From NCBI GenBank assembly GCA_964584665.1, contig CAZPAO010000013.1, positions 488 to 64,487 of the forward strand: a stretch of 64,000 nucleotides of DNA, read 5' to 3'. Positions 39,575 through 49,842 of this stretch are shown piece by piece. Source of the DNA: an uncultured Gammaproteobacteria bacterium (GTDB lineage Bacteria; Pseudomonadota; Gammaproteobacteria; Natronospirales; REEB76). The notes under the pieces were generated by a model, which was not told the origin of the DNA, did no database searches, and saw only the letters and a list, made by a program, of their open reading frames with translations. Within the stretch, counting starts at the first letter, position 1. Every line of letters begins with the position of its first letter. Both the position numbers and the translations under genes were made by a program.

Positions 39575-40612
39575 ATGGCCAAGAGCGCGTTCAGACCCGA
39601 AGACACGACCACCGACATACGCAATGCGCTCCAGCAGGAGCGCAAGATCAAATCCGATTTCACCAGCGGCATCCGCGAAGGCGCCAAACTCTATGGCCGC
39701 GCGCGAGCCTGCCTGCAACGCCTGTTCGAGGACGTGCGCCACAACCGCCCGCTGGATCTCGAGACCGCCAAGGAAGTGGTGCAGGCGATGTATGAGAGCC
39801 TCGCCAAGAACCAGAACGTGCTGCTGTGGATCACCAACCTGCAGTTCCCCCACGAGAGCAATGCCTGCCACAACTTCAACATCGCCGTGCTGTCGATGAT
39901 GTTCGGCAAGCACCGGGGCATGAGCCGCTCCGACATCATCTATCTGGGGCAGGGCGGGCTTTTGCACGATCTCGGCAAGACCCATGTGCCCACCGTGGTG
40001 CTGGAGCGGCCGGCGCGTTTGACGCCCGATGAGATGACGATCGTGCGCCGCCACGCTCTCGAGGGCTACAACGCCCTCAACGCCACGGGCCAGCTCACCA
40101 ACGCGGTGCTGGACATCGTGCGCTACCACCACGAGCGTGCCGACGGCAGTGGCTACCCGGAAGGCCTGTTCGGCGGCAGCGTGCCGGACCTGGCGCGCAT
40201 GGTGGCCATCGCCGACGCCTACGACAGCATGATCGGCGGCTACTACCGACGTCCCATGACCCCCACCGACGCGCTGCGCATGCTCAAGACCAGCGCCGCC
40301 GAGGAATACGGGGTGGAACTGGTGGAGGAGTTCATCCGCTGCCTGGGCACCTATCCCGTCGGCAGCCTGGTGGAGCTCAACTCAGGTTCGGTGGTCATGG
40401 TGGTGGGTTCCAATCCCGATGCCCGCCTGAAGCCCCTGGTGATGTTCGTGCGCAACGAGGAGGGCCGTTTCGAGCGTCCGCGCATGCTCAACGATCTGTC
40501 GCGTTACAACGATGATGACCTGGCGGACCGCTGGGGCATACGCCGGTTGGTGGACCCCCTCGAGTACGGCATCGACATGTGGGCCCTGATCCTGGAAGAG
40601 ATCCAGTTCTGA
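39575..40612 (+). CDS. HD-GYP domain c-di-GMP phosphodiesterase
   Basis: LHDLGK, HHERADGSGYP, IADAYD; start uncertain (39551 or 39575). Confidence 0.9.
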   Translation: MAKSAFRPEDTTTDIRNALQQERKIKSDFTSGIREGAKLYGRARACLQRLFEDVRHNRPLDLETAKEVVQAMYESLAKNQNVLLWITNLQFPHESNACHNFNIAVLSMMFGKHRGMSRSDIIYLGQGGLLHDLGKTHVPTVVLERPARLTPDEMTIVRRHALEGYNALNATGQLTNAVLDIVRYHHERADGSGYPEGLFGGSVPDLARMVAIADAYDSMIGGYYRRPMTPTDALRMLKTSAAEEYGVELVEEFIRCLGTYPVGSLVELNSGSVVMVVGSNPDARLKPLVMFVRNEEGRFERPRMLNDLSRYNDDDLADRWGIRRLVDPLEYGIDMWALILEEIQF

Positions 40613-40765
40613 CCGGTATTCCGGGGCTCCGGCCGCTGACTAGCGCGGCGGCGGCCCGTTTTAGGTAAAATCCCCTCCAGCCTCCATTCCATGTGCTGCC
40701 CCCTGGCCGGGCCCGACGGTCCTGCCAGGCGATTGGGCGGCCTCATTGCCTTTAAGGGACTGACG

Positions 40766-41989
40766 ATGCGCCGCAAGGTAAATGTCTCGGAACTCGTGAT
40801 CGGCATGTACGTGGCCGAACTGGACAAGCCCTGGGAGAACAGCTCCTTCCTGTTCCAGGGCTTCGCCATCGAGAACGACGAGGACCTGCAGAAGCTGCGC
40901 GGCGAGTGCCAGTTCGTCTACATCGACGAAGTGCAGTCCACACCGGCCTCGCTGAAGCCGGCGGCGCCGCGCGCCGCGGGCGGCGGCGTGAGCACCACCA
41001 TCACCAGCCGCAGCGGTCCGTCGGAACCCACGGGCTTCAAGCGCGAGATGAAGGAAGTGGTGCAGACCCAGCAACTGGCACGCACCAACATCAGCCGCGT
41101 GCTGGACGAGGCTCGCCTCGGCAAGACGCTGGACACCAAGGAGACCAAGGGCGCCGTCACCCAGATGGTGAGCGCGGTCACCGCCAATCCGAACTCCATG
41201 CTCTGGCTCGCGAACCTGCGCTTGAAGCATGAGCGCACCGCCAGCCATTGCCTCAACTCCGCGATCCTCTGCATAGCCTTCGGCAAGCACATCGGCCTGT
41301 CCGAAGTGGACCTCAACATGCTGGGGCAGGGCGCCATGCTGCATGACATCGGCAAAGTGCGCCTGCCACCCGCCATCCTGGACAAGGCCGGCGCGCTCAC
41401 TGAGGCCGAGATGCAGATCGTGCGCAGACACCCGGTGGATGGCGAGGCGGTGCTCAAGCTAACCCGCCAGCTGCCGGACAAGGTGCTGGAGATCGTGCGT
41501 CACCACCACGAGCGGGTGGATGGCAAGGGCTATCCCGACGGGCTCGCCGGCGACGCGGTGCCCCTGGGCGCGCGTATCGTCGGGATGGTGGACACTTATG
41601 ACAGTCTCACCGCAGAGACGCCGTACCATGCGGCGCTCACGCCGGCGGATGCGCTCGGCGTGCTGCGCACCGAAGGCGCCGATGCCTACGGCAAGGACCT
41701 GGTGCAGGAGTTCATCCGCTGCCTCGGCATCTACCCCATCGGCAGCCTGGTGCAGTGCAACAACGGTGCGCTGGCGGTGGTGGTGTCCTCCACACCGGCT
41801 TCGCGCCTGAAACCCGTGATCATGGTGATCCGCGATGAACGGGGCAAGGAGACGCGGCCGCGCATGCTGCTCAGCCTCGCCACCATGGACCCGAGTCTGG
41901 CGGCCCGTTGGGGTCTGAAAGGTAACGTGGATCCCAAGGCGCATAGCGTCGACCTCTCGGCGATAATCGCGGAAGAGACCGGCACCTGA
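40766..41989 (+). CDS. HD-GYP domain phosphodiesterase with a DUF3391-like N-terminus
   Basis: ELVIGMYVAELDKPW, LHDIGK, HHERVDGKGYP, VDTYD. Confidence 0.9.
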   Translation: MRRKVNVSELVIGMYVAELDKPWENSSFLFQGFAIENDEDLQKLRGECQFVYIDEVQSTPASLKPAAPRAAGGGVSTTITSRSGPSEPTGFKREMKEVVQTQQLARTNISRVLDEARLGKTLDTKETKGAVTQMVSAVTANPNSMLWLANLRLKHERTASHCLNSAILCIAFGKHIGLSEVDLNMLGQGAMLHDIGKVRLPPAILDKAGALTEAEMQIVRRHPVDGEAVLKLTRQLPDKVLEIVRHHHERVDGKGYPDGLAGDAVPLGARIVGMVDTYDSLTAETPYHAALTPADALGVLRTEGADAYGKDLVQEFIRCLGIYPIGSLVQCNNGALAVVVSSTPASRLKPVIMVIRDERGKETRPRMLLSLATMDPSLAARWGLKGNVDPKAHSVDLSAIIAEETGT

Positions 41990-41990
41990 G

Positions 41991-42010
41991 AGCGGGCCAT
42001 CCGGCCCGCT
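41991..42010. terminator. Hairpin between convergent HD-GYP and MarR genes
   Basis: AGCGGGCC-ATCC-GGCCCGCT 8-bp stem; no clear U tract. Confidence 0.45.
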
Positions 42011-42021
42011 GTAACATTCCG

Positions 42022-42456
42022 TCACAATTCCCCGGCGCGCTCCAGCAGTGCGCCCAGGGTGCGCGTGCACTGTGCCAGCTCAGCAGGCTTCACCGCGGTG
42101 AACAACTCGCGCCGGAACGCCCGTGTGACACTGCGTATCTTCTGCACTACACCACGCGCCTTGGGCGTGAGGTGCACAGTCTTGCAGCGCCGGTCGTGAG
42201 GGGAGGGGCGCCGCTCGACCCAGCCCCGGCGCGCCATGCGGTCCAGCAATTGCACCAGCGTAGGCCCTTCGATGCCGATGCGGTCCGCCAGTTCCCGCTG
42301 CACTAATGGCTCCTGTACCCGCGACAGCAGCAGCAACACCCGCCATTGGACCTGACTGAGGCCCAGGGGTTTCAGGCGCTGATCCAACCGCGTGCGCCAG
42401 ACGCGGGACAAGTCGTTGATGAGGGGTCCGAGTTTTTCGCCTGGATCTGTCTTCAT
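42022..42456 (-). CDS. MarR/SlyA-family transcriptional regulator
   Basis: LGLSQVQWRVL, ELADRIGIEGPTLVQLLDRM, DRRCKTVHLT; start at ATG 42456. Confidence 0.92.
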   Translation of the reverse strand: MKTDPGEKLGPLINDLSRVWRTRLDQRLKPLGLSQVQWRVLLLLSRVQEPLVQRELADRIGIEGPTLVQLLDRMARRGWVERRPSPHDRRCKTVHLTPKARGVVQKIRSVTRAFRRELFTAVKPAELAQCTRTLGALLERAGEL

Positions 42457-42469
42457 TGGGCGCCGAATC

Positions 42470-42486
42470 GATAGTATGCTACTAAA
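42470..42486. promoter_or_regulatory. Candidate MarR operator in the divergent marR/efflux intergenic region
   Basis: Short AT-rich inverted repeat TAGT-ATGCT-ACTA in an 83-bp divergent spacer; arms only 4 bp. Confidence 0.3.
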
Positions 42487-42539
42487 ATGCACAGACCCCG
42501 GAACTCCTGTCAAGCTCGCGGGTCTATCCCATATCCTGC

Positions 42540-44063
42540 ATGAGTGCGCCGATGCCCAAGCCCGGTATGAACCTGCGAGCCAGTACGAGCGTGCTGCTCG
42601 CGGCCGCATTGACCGCCTGTGCCGTCGGCCCCGACTACCATGAACCCGATGCACCGGATGTGAAGGCCTATACCGGGGCGCCGGTGGCGGTCACCGCCGT
42701 GCCGGTACCGGGCGGAAGTCAGACCCTCCACTACGGGACCCTCACATCCTCCGAGTGGTGGCACGACTTCCACTCGGATGCACTCGACCGCGTGCTGCAG
42801 CAGGCACTGACGAACAACCCGGGCCTGAGGCAGGCGCGGGAGAACCTGAGCGCCGCGCAATACGATTACAAGGCCGCCAACGGCGTCTTCTACCCGCAGG
42901 TGGGGGTCGGCGTGGGCGGACAACGCGCGCGCAGTTCCGGCGCCGGACCCGTCGTGTCTCATCCCTCCGTGTATTCGCTCTATACCGCCGATGTGCAGGT
43001 GAGCTACTCGCCGGATATCTTCGGCCTGAGCCGGTTGGTGTCCCGCCGGCAGCAGGCATTGGTGGACCTGGCCGATGACCAGCTCCAAGCGGCACGGCTC
43101 GCGCTCGTCGGCAACGTGATCGACGTGACCCTCGACCTCGCCGCGACCGATGAAGCCCTCGATGCCACTCGCCAGAGCCTTGCCGATGAGAAGCAGATCT
43201 ACGACCTGGTGAAGCTGCGTTACGACCATGGCGCCATCTCGCGGCTGGTGCTGGACGCACAGCAGACGCAGCTCTCAGACGTGGCGGCGGCGGCACCGGC
43301 GCTGGAACAGCAGCGGGACGCGGACTTGCATCTCCTCGCCATCTACACCGGACGTTTCCCCGCGGAAGGGCCGGGCGGCGATGTCCCCGGCTTCGCGGAC
43401 TTGAGCCTGCCCGCGGACTTGCCGGTGACATTGCCCACAGACCTGGTCCGGGCGCGACCCGATATCCGCGCCGCCGAGGCGCAGCTGCGGGCCGCCAACG
43501 CCGAGGTGGGCGAGGCGGTGGCGCGCATGTATCCGCAGTTCACCCTCACGGGCGACGTGGGCCATGAGAGCAACCAGTGGGGCACGCTGTTCAAGCCGGC
43601 GAACGAGATCTGGAATCTCGCCGCCAACCTGTTCGTGCCCATCTTCGAAGGCGACACGCTGGAGGCGGAGAAGGAATCCGCCGAGGCCCAATACCGGGGC
43701 ATCTTCGACCAATACCAGGCGACGGTGCTGGAAGCCTTCCGCCAGGTGGCGGATGTGCTCGGCGCGTTGGAGCACGATGCGGACGTGCTGTCGGCGCGGG
43801 TGGACCAGGAGGCATCGGCGAAAGAAGCTTTCGCCCTGGCGCGCGAACAGTACAAGGCGGGGGCCATCGGCTACCTCGACCTCTTGAACAGCGAAGTCAG
43901 CTACCAATCGGCGCGTATCGCCCTGGTGGATGCCCGCCAGCAGCGTTATGCCGATACCGCGGCCCTGTACGTGGCCATGGGCGGTGGGGCATGGACCGAG
44001 GCCCATGAGACGGTCCCGGCGGCTGCTACTACGGCGTCTCCCGCAGCGGGCACCCCGGATTGA
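42540..44063 (+). CDS. Efflux outer-membrane factor lipoprotein (NodT/TolC family)
   Basis: LTAC-AVGPDY lipobox, RPDIRAAEAQL, YQATVLEAFRQV, ALGGG-like end. Confidence 0.92.
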   Translation: MSAPMPKPGMNLRASTSVLLAAALTACAVGPDYHEPDAPDVKAYTGAPVAVTAVPVPGGSQTLHYGTLTSSEWWHDFHSDALDRVLQQALTNNPGLRQARENLSAAQYDYKAANGVFYPQVGVGVGGQRARSSGAGPVVSHPSVYSLYTADVQVSYSPDIFGLSRLVSRRQQALVDLADDQLQAARLALVGNVIDVTLDLAATDEALDATRQSLADEKQIYDLVKLRYDHGAISRLVLDAQQTQLSDVAAAAPALEQQRDADLHLLAIYTGRFPAEGPGGDVPGFADLSLPADLPVTLPTDLVRARPDIRAAEAQLRAANAEVGEAVARMYPQFTLTGDVGHESNQWGTLFKPANEIWNLAANLFVPIFEGDTLEAEKESAEAQYRGIFDQYQATVLEAFRQVADVLGALEHDADVLSARVDQEASAKEAFALAREQYKAGAIGYLDLLNSEVSYQSARIALVDARQQRYADTAALYVAMGGGAWTEAHETVPAAATTASPAAGTPD

Positions 44064-44105
44064 TGCGCCGCGCCGGCAGGCGTGGCCATAGGAGAACAGG
44101 AACAT

Positions 44106-45179
44106 ATGAAGAACAAGCAGACCCTCATCGTCATCATCCTGCTGGTAGTGGTGTTCGGCGGCCTGTTCGGCGGCCGTGCCTGGGTGAACCACCGGAGCGC
44201 CGCGGCGGCTGCCGCCCGCAGTGCGCCATCAGTGACCGTATCCACGGCCCAGGCCCAATCGGAACATTGGACGCCGGACGTGCACGTGGTGGGCAGCCTG
44301 CAGGCGGAGGAAGGGGTGCAGCTCACGGCGCAGATCGCCGGCAACGTCACCGCCATCGCCTTCAAGTCCGGCGACAAGGTTGAGAAGGGCGTGCTGCTGG
44401 TGCAGCTGGACGATGGCACCGAACTCGCGCAACTCCATGCCGACGAGGCCAAGCAGAAGCTGGCGCAGGCGGAGATAGACCGGACACAGGACCTCTTCAA
44501 GCTGCAGGCGGCCAGCCAGTCCGACCTCGATACAGCCCAGGCGAACTACGGCAGCGCCACCGCTGCGGTTGAGAGCGACAAGGCGACGCTGCGCAAGCTC
44601 GCCATCACCGCGCCGTTCTCCGGCGTCGCCGGCATCCGGCAGGTGAGCCTAGGCCAGTACGTGGCGCCGGGCACCGTGGTGGTGAGCCTCCAATCCTGGG
44701 ATCCACTGCACCTCGAGTTCAGCATCCCGCAGGCGGAGGCGGCATTGCTCCGCAACGGCCAGCGGGTCGAGTTCACGGTTGACGCGCTGCCGGGCCGCAG
44801 GTCCGTGGGCGAGGTGACAGCCATGGATTCGCGCATCGATCCCGCCACGCGCAACGTCGGCGTCGAGGCGACCCTTGCCAACCGCGACCTGCAGCTCCGT
44901 CCCGGCATGTACGGCGACGTGCACCTGTCCATGGGCAAGGAGCGGGAAGTGGTGACGGTGCCGAGCATCGCCCTGAGCTACAACACCTACGGCAACTTCG
45001 TGTTCATAGTGGATGCGGACGGCACGGTGCACCAGCGCATGCTGGTGACCAGCGACGAACGTGACGGCAAGGTGCTGGTCGAGAGCGGCCTCAAGGCCGG
45101 CGAGACGGTGGTGACCGCGGGCCAGACCAAGCTGCACGAGGGCTCGCACATCACCGTCAACAACAGCGTACAGCCCTAA
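44106..45179 (+). CDS. RND efflux periplasmic adaptor (membrane fusion protein)
   Basis: IAGNVTAI, GDKVEKG, ITAPFSG, LRPGMY, GETVVTAGQ. Confidence 0.92.
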   Translation: MKNKQTLIVIILLVVVFGGLFGGRAWVNHRSAAAAAARSAPSVTVSTAQAQSEHWTPDVHVVGSLQAEEGVQLTAQIAGNVTAIAFKSGDKVEKGVLLVQLDDGTELAQLHADEAKQKLAQAEIDRTQDLFKLQAASQSDLDTAQANYGSATAAVESDKATLRKLAITAPFSGVAGIRQVSLGQYVAPGTVVVSLQSWDPLHLEFSIPQAEAALLRNGQRVEFTVDALPGRRSVGEVTAMDSRIDPATRNVGVEATLANRDLQLRPGMYGDVHLSMGKEREVVTVPSIALSYNTYGNFVFIVDADGTVHQRMLVTSDERDGKVLVESGLKAGETVVTAGQTKLHEGSHITVNNSVQP

Positions 45180-45192
45180 GCCTGGGACAGCC

Positions 45193-48100
45193 ATGAAGTT
45201 CACCGACATCTTCGTCCGCCGCCCGGTACTTGCGAGCGCCGTGAGCATGGCCATCTTGCTGCTGGGCCTGCGCGCCTGGCTGGGCATGACGGTACGGCAG
45301 TACCCGGACGTCACCACCACGGTGGTGACCGTGACCACAGCCGACCCCGGCGCGAGCCCCGAGACGGTCAAGGCCTTCATCACCTCGCCCCTGGAGCAAG
45401 TGATTGCCTCGGCCCCCGGCATCGACTACATGACGGCCACCAGCGCCATTAGCACCTCCACCATCACCGTGTACATGCGGCTGAACTACGACCCTAACGC
45501 CGCGGTGTCCCAGATCATGTCCAAGGTGAACCAGGTGCTGAACGTGCTGCCGCCGGGCAGCCAGGCACCGATCATCAACGAGACGGTGGGTGATTCCACC
45601 GCGCTCATGTACCTGTCCTTCGACAGCACCCAGATGTCGCAGCAGCAGATCGACGATTACCTGCTGCGTGTGGTGCAGCCCAAGATCCAGGGCGTCGCCG
45701 GCGTGGCCCAGGCGCAGATCCGCCCCACAGGCACCGATCCCAGCGGCAATGCCTTCGCGTTGCGCGTGTGGCTCGACCCGGTGCGCATGGCCGCGCTCTC
45801 CATCACACCGGCCCAGGTATCCCAGGCGCTGCAGGCAAACAACTTCATCTCCGCCATCGGCAGCACGCGTGGCACCAGCAAGCAGGTGACAATCACCGCC
45901 ACCACCTCCCTGAATGACCTCAACCAGTTCAAGCGGCTGGTGGTGGCTGACGTGAACGGCACCGTGGTGCGACTGCAGGACGTGGGTGACGTGAAACTCG
46001 GCGCGGAGAACTACGACCAGTCGGTGTACTTCAACGGCGTGCCGGCGGTGTTCATCGGCGTGTTCCCGACCCCCGACGCCAACGACCTGGACGTGGCGGA
46101 CGGCGTGCACAAGGCGTTCGAGGATCTGAAGGCTGCGCTGCCGCCGGGCATGGAGGCGGTCAATGCCTACGATGGCAGCGTCTACATCACCAAGTCCATC
46201 CACGAGGTGATCTTCACCATCGCCATCACGCTGCTGGTGGTGGTGATCGTGATCTTCCTGTTCCTGGGTTCGCTGCGCTCGCTGCTGATGCCGGGGGCCG
46301 CCATCCCGCTGTCCGTGGTGGGCGCCGGTCTCTTCATGCTGGCCTGCGGCTTCAGCATCAACCTGCTGACCTTGCTGGCGGTGGTGTTGTCCATCGGGCT
46401 GGTGGTGGACGATGCCATCATCGTGGTGGAGAACATCCATCGTCACATCGAGGAGGGCATGAAACCCTTCGATGCGGCCCTGCGCGGCGCGCGGGAGCTG
46501 GCGAGCCCCATCATCGTCATGTCCACCACGCTGGCGGCGGTGTTCGCACCCATCGGCTTCCTGGGCGGACTCACGGGCAGCCTGTTCACGGAATTCGCCT
46601 TCACCCTGGTGTTCACGGTGGCGGTGTCCATGATCGTCGCCTTGACCCTCACGCCCATGCTGAGCTCGAAGGTGTTGGTACACACGCCCCCTGAAGGCCT
46701 GGCCCATTTCCTGGAGAGCAACTTCGAGAAGCTACGCCGGGCCTATGACCGGTCCCTGCACTCGGTCCTACAGTTCCGCCCGCTGGTGCTGCTGGTCTCG
46801 GCGGCGCTCTTCCTCAGCATCCCGTTCCTGTTCCTGGGATCGCGCAGCGAACTCGCGCCCACCGAGGACCAGGGCCTGATCCTGGTGTCCGGCAACGCGC
46901 CTTCGACCGCCACGCTGCATTACCTCAACGCCTACGCCGGACAGATGCGCGGCATCTTCAAGGACTTCCCGGAGACGGGCGGCCTGTTCCAGATCAACGG
47001 CATCTCCCTCACCGGCGGTTCCGGCAACAACGGCCTGGTGGCGGGCATGCGCCTCACCGACTGGGACGACCGCAAGCGCACCCAGATGGAGATCATGCCG
47101 CAGCTGCAACAGAAGCTCGGTGCCGTGGCGGGGCTGGAGACGGTCGCCTTCACGCGCCCGGCGCTGCCGGGTTCCGCCGGCGGCCTGCCGGTGCAGTTCG
47201 TGCTGACCTCCAGCGCGGACTACACGGATATCAACAATGCCGCCACCAGCCTGATCAACGAGGCCATGCAGAGCGGCAAGTTCGCCTACATGACCAAGGA
47301 CCTGCGCTACGACAACCCGCAAGTGGTGCTGGACATCGACCGGGACACCGCCGCCAGCCTCGGCATCAGCATGAACGCCATCGGCAGCAACCTGGCGCCG
47401 CTCCTGAGCGAGAACCTGGTTGGCCGCTTCGACATGCAGGGCCATAGCTACGAGATCATCCCGCAGGTGCCCGACTCGATGCGCGACGATCCGGAGGCGC
47501 TGAAGAGCTTCTACGTGCCGACCAGCGGCGGCAAGCTGGTAAGCCTCGCCACCGTGGCGAAGATCGACCACAAAGTGCAGCCCACCTTCCTGCCCCAGTT
47601 CCAGCAGCTCAATTCCGCCACCCTCCAGGGCGTGATGGCGCCGGGAGTGACCCTGGGCTCGGCGCTGGACTATCTGCGCGAAACCGCCAGGCGCATCCTG
47701 CCCTCGGGCTACCTCATCGACTACGCCAGCCAGTCGCGCCAGTACGTACAGCAGGGCAACACCGTCATCTGGACCTTCCTGCTGTCCATTACACTGGTGT
47801 ACCTGATCCTGGCAGCGCAGTTCGAGAGCTTCCGCGACCCCCTCATCGTGCTCATCACAGTGCCCATGTCCGTGTGCGGTGCCCTGGTGTTCCTGTATCT
47901 CGGGCTCGCTACCCTCAACATCTACACCGAGGTGGGCCTCATCACGCTCATAGGGCTGATCACGAAGCAGGGCATCCTGATCGTGCAGTTCGCCAACGTG
48001 ATCCAGGAGGAAGAGGGGCTGGACCGGGCTGCGGCGGTGCAGAAGGCCTCCAGTATCCGCCTGCGGCCCATCCTCATGACCACCGGCGCCATGGTGTTCG

Positions 48101-48276
48101 GCGTGGTACCGCTGCTGATGGCGAGCGGCCCCGGTGCCGTGAGCCGCTTCGACATGGGGCTCGTGATCGCCGCCGGCCTCACCATCGGCTCGCTGTTCTC
48201 CCTCTACGTGGTGCCGGTGTTCTACAGTTACATAGCCGAGGTCAAGGAGCGCGCAGCGCCGGAAGGGGAGGCATGA
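45193..48276 (+). CDS. RND efflux permease (AcrB/HAE1 family)
   Basis: FVRRPVLA, GLVVDDAIIVVENI, GLITKQGILIV, RLRPILMTT. Confidence 0.95.
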   Translation: MKFTDIFVRRPVLASAVSMAILLLGLRAWLGMTVRQYPDVTTTVVTVTTADPGASPETVKAFITSPLEQVIASAPGIDYMTATSAISTSTITVYMRLNYDPNAAVSQIMSKVNQVLNVLPPGSQAPIINETVGDSTALMYLSFDSTQMSQQQIDDYLLRVVQPKIQGVAGVAQAQIRPTGTDPSGNAFALRVWLDPVRMAALSITPAQVSQALQANNFISAIGSTRGTSKQVTITATTSLNDLNQFKRLVVADVNGTVVRLQDVGDVKLGAENYDQSVYFNGVPAVFIGVFPTPDANDLDVADGVHKAFEDLKAALPPGMEAVNAYDGSVYITKSIHEVIFTIAITLLVVVIVIFLFLGSLRSLLMPGAAIPLSVVGAGLFMLACGFSINLLTLLAVVLSIGLVVDDAIIVVENIHRHIEEGMKPFDAALRGARELASPIIVMSTTLAAVFAPIGFLGGLTGSLFTEFAFTLVFTVAVSMIVALTLTPMLSSKVLVHTPPEGLAHFLESNFEKLRRAYDRSLHSVLQFRPLVLLVSAALFLSIPFLFLGSRSELAPTEDQGLILVSGNAPSTATLHYLNAYAGQMRGIFKDFPETGGLFQINGISLTGGSGNNGLVAGMRLTDWDDRKRTQMEIMPQLQQKLGAVAGLETVAFTRPALPGSAGGLPVQFVLTSSADYTDINNAATSLINEAMQSGKFAYMTKDLRYDNPQVVLDIDRDTAASLGISMNAIGSNLAPLLSENLVGRFDMQGHSYEIIPQVPDSMRDDPEALKSFYVPTSGGKLVSLATVAKIDHKVQPTFLPQFQQLNSATLQGVMAPGVTLGSALDYLRETARRILPSGYLIDYASQSRQYVQQGNTVIWTFLLSITLVYLILAAQFESFRDPLIVLITVPMSVCGALVFLYLGLATLNIYTEVGLITLIGLITKQGILIVQFANVIQEEEGLDRAAAVQKASSIRLRPILMTTGAMVFGVVPLLMASGPGAVSRFDMGLVIAAGLTIGSLFSLYVVPVFYSYIAEVKERAAPEGEA

Positions 48277-48734
48277 AGATAGAGCTGGAGCCCATCGGCT
48301 GGGTGCGTAGCAGCCGCGCCGATGCCATCGACGACCGCTGGGATGCGGTGGAGAGTCGCATCGAACTGGATCCGGGACGTTTCACCGAAGAGGCACTGGC
48401 AGGGCTAGATGCCTTCTCTCACCTCGTGGTGGTGTATTCCTTCCACAAGACCGATGCCGCCAAGACCGAACTCAAGGCGCGTCACCCGCGCGGGAACACC
48501 GCCTGGCCCAAGGTGGGCATCTTCGCCCAGCGCGGCAAGGACCGCCCCAACCACCTCGGCGTGTCCAGTTGCGGGATCCTCAAGGTGGAAGGCCGCGCTA
48601 TCAGCGTGAGGGGCCTCGATGCCATAGACGGCACGCCTGTATTGGACCTGAAGCCCTATATGCGGGGCTTCGAGCCGCGCAGCTCCGTCCGCGAGCCGGA
48701 TTGGGCGCAAGAGATCATGCGCGAATATTGGTGA
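48273..48734 (+). CDS. TrmO/TsaA-like SAM-binding protein (single-domain)
   Basis: GIFAQRGKDRPNHLG, GLDAIDGTPVLDLKPY. Confidence 0.82.
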   Translation: MKIELEPIGWVRSSRADAIDDRWDAVESRIELDPGRFTEEALAGLDAFSHLVVVYSFHKTDAAKTELKARHPRGNTAWPKVGIFAQRGKDRPNHLGVSSCGILKVEGRAISVRGLDAIDGTPVLDLKPYMRGFEPRSSVREPDWAQEIMREYW

Positions 48735-48741
48735 CCCTCCG

Positions 48742-48761
48742 CATCAGGTAATCACCTGATG
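48742..48761. promoter_or_regulatory. Palindrome with perfect 8-bp arms upstream of the stress cluster
   Basis: CATCAGGT-AATC-ACCTGATG. Confidence 0.4.
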
Positions 48762-48877
48762 TCATGACATAAGCCTCGCATCCGGCCCGGCGCCATATGT
48801 CTCTCTGTGCGCGACCGCACAGTAACAACCCATGCTGCAGCGTAATTTGGTGCTCAACCAAAAAAGGAGCACCGCTC

Positions 48878-49048
48878 ATGTTGTACTGGACCGGAGTCTT
48901 CCTCGTCATCGCCATCATCGCCGCGGTGTTCGGTTTCGGCGGCATAGCCGCCGGTGCCGTAGGCATCGCCAAGATACTGTTCTTCATATTCATCGTATTG
49001 TTCCTACTCTCGTTGGTGTTCGGTCTGGCCCGCCGCGGCCGGCCCTGA
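48878..49048 (+). CDS. DUF1328 (YtjA/UPF0391) small membrane protein
   Basis: [38 protein letters not shown]. Confidence 0.92.
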   Translation: MLYWTGVFLVIAIIAAVFGFGGIAAGAVGIAKILFFIFIVLFLLSLVFGLARRGRP

Positions 49049-49102
49049 CATCATCTGACCCAGCCTCACTTTCCGACCACGTCTACACAGCAGGAGACAT
49101 TC

Positions 49103-49441
49103 ATGACCGCCAGGAACGCCACAATCCAGCAAGCCAGCAAGGAAAAACTCATCGCCGACTTCGAAGCGTTGATAGCCGACACCGAGGAACTGCTCGGCGC
49201 CACCGCCAATCAAGGCGGCGAGAAGATCTCGCTCCTCCGCACCAAGATGGCCGATCGCCTGGCCGACGCCAAGGACCGGATCACGGCTGTGCAGCAGTCT
49301 GTCGTCGAGAAAGCCAGGGCCACCGCCAAGGTGACCGATGACTATGTGCGGGGCAATCCTTGGCAGTCCGTGGCGATCGCCGGCGGCGTGGGCTTCCTGC
49401 TGGGCTTCCTGGTGACCCGGATCGGCTCATCCTCAAAATGA
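49103..49441 (+). CDS. DUF883 (ElaB/YqjD/YgaM) tail-anchored protein
   Basis: DDYVRGNPWQSVAIAGGVGFLLG. Confidence 0.92.
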   Translation: MTARNATIQQASKEKLIADFEALIADTEELLGATANQGGEKISLLRTKMADRLADAKDRITAVQQSVVEKARATAKVTDDYVRGNPWQSVAIAGGVGFLLGFLVTRIGSSSK

Positions 49442-49842
49442 TGATCGAGGAGGGGGGCGGGGTGGTGGCAGCGGAACGTCCGCACGGGATCATGGCCTCG
49501 GCCAAGGCCCTGGTGGCGACGCTCGTCGCCATCGCCGCCACTCGCCTGGAGATCTTCGCCACCGAACTGGAAGAGGAACGGTTGAGGTTGAGCTCGGCCG
49601 CCGCCTGGGCGGCCCTCACCCTCATGTTCCTGGCGCTGGCGATGATCTTCCTGTCGTTATTGGTGGTGGTGGCGTTCTGGGATGAGCACCGGCTCCTCGC
49701 CATCAGCTGCGTCGCGCTCATCTACCTGGTAATGGGCGCCATCTCAGCGCGCCAGCTCTCGTTGCGACTCGCCAGACACGCACCGCTCTTCTCGGCGACC
49801 CTCGAGGAGCTGCGGAAGGACCGGGCGGGACTGGAGCCATGA
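49438..49842 (+). CDS. YqjE-like membrane protein
   Basis: TRLEIFATELEEE, two TM helices, FSATLEELRKD. Confidence 0.85.
   Translation: MMIEEGGGVVAAERPHGIMASAKALVATLVAIAATRLEIFATELEEERLRLSSAAAWAALTLMFLALAMIFLSLLVVVAFWDEHRLLAISCVALIYLVMGAISARQLSLRLARHAPLFSATLEELRKDRAGLEP

Noticed and set aside
49438-49842. YqjE often auto-labelled phage holin, suggesting a prophage
   Set aside because: Sits in the yqjD/E/K stress cluster; no phage genes or integrase in the window
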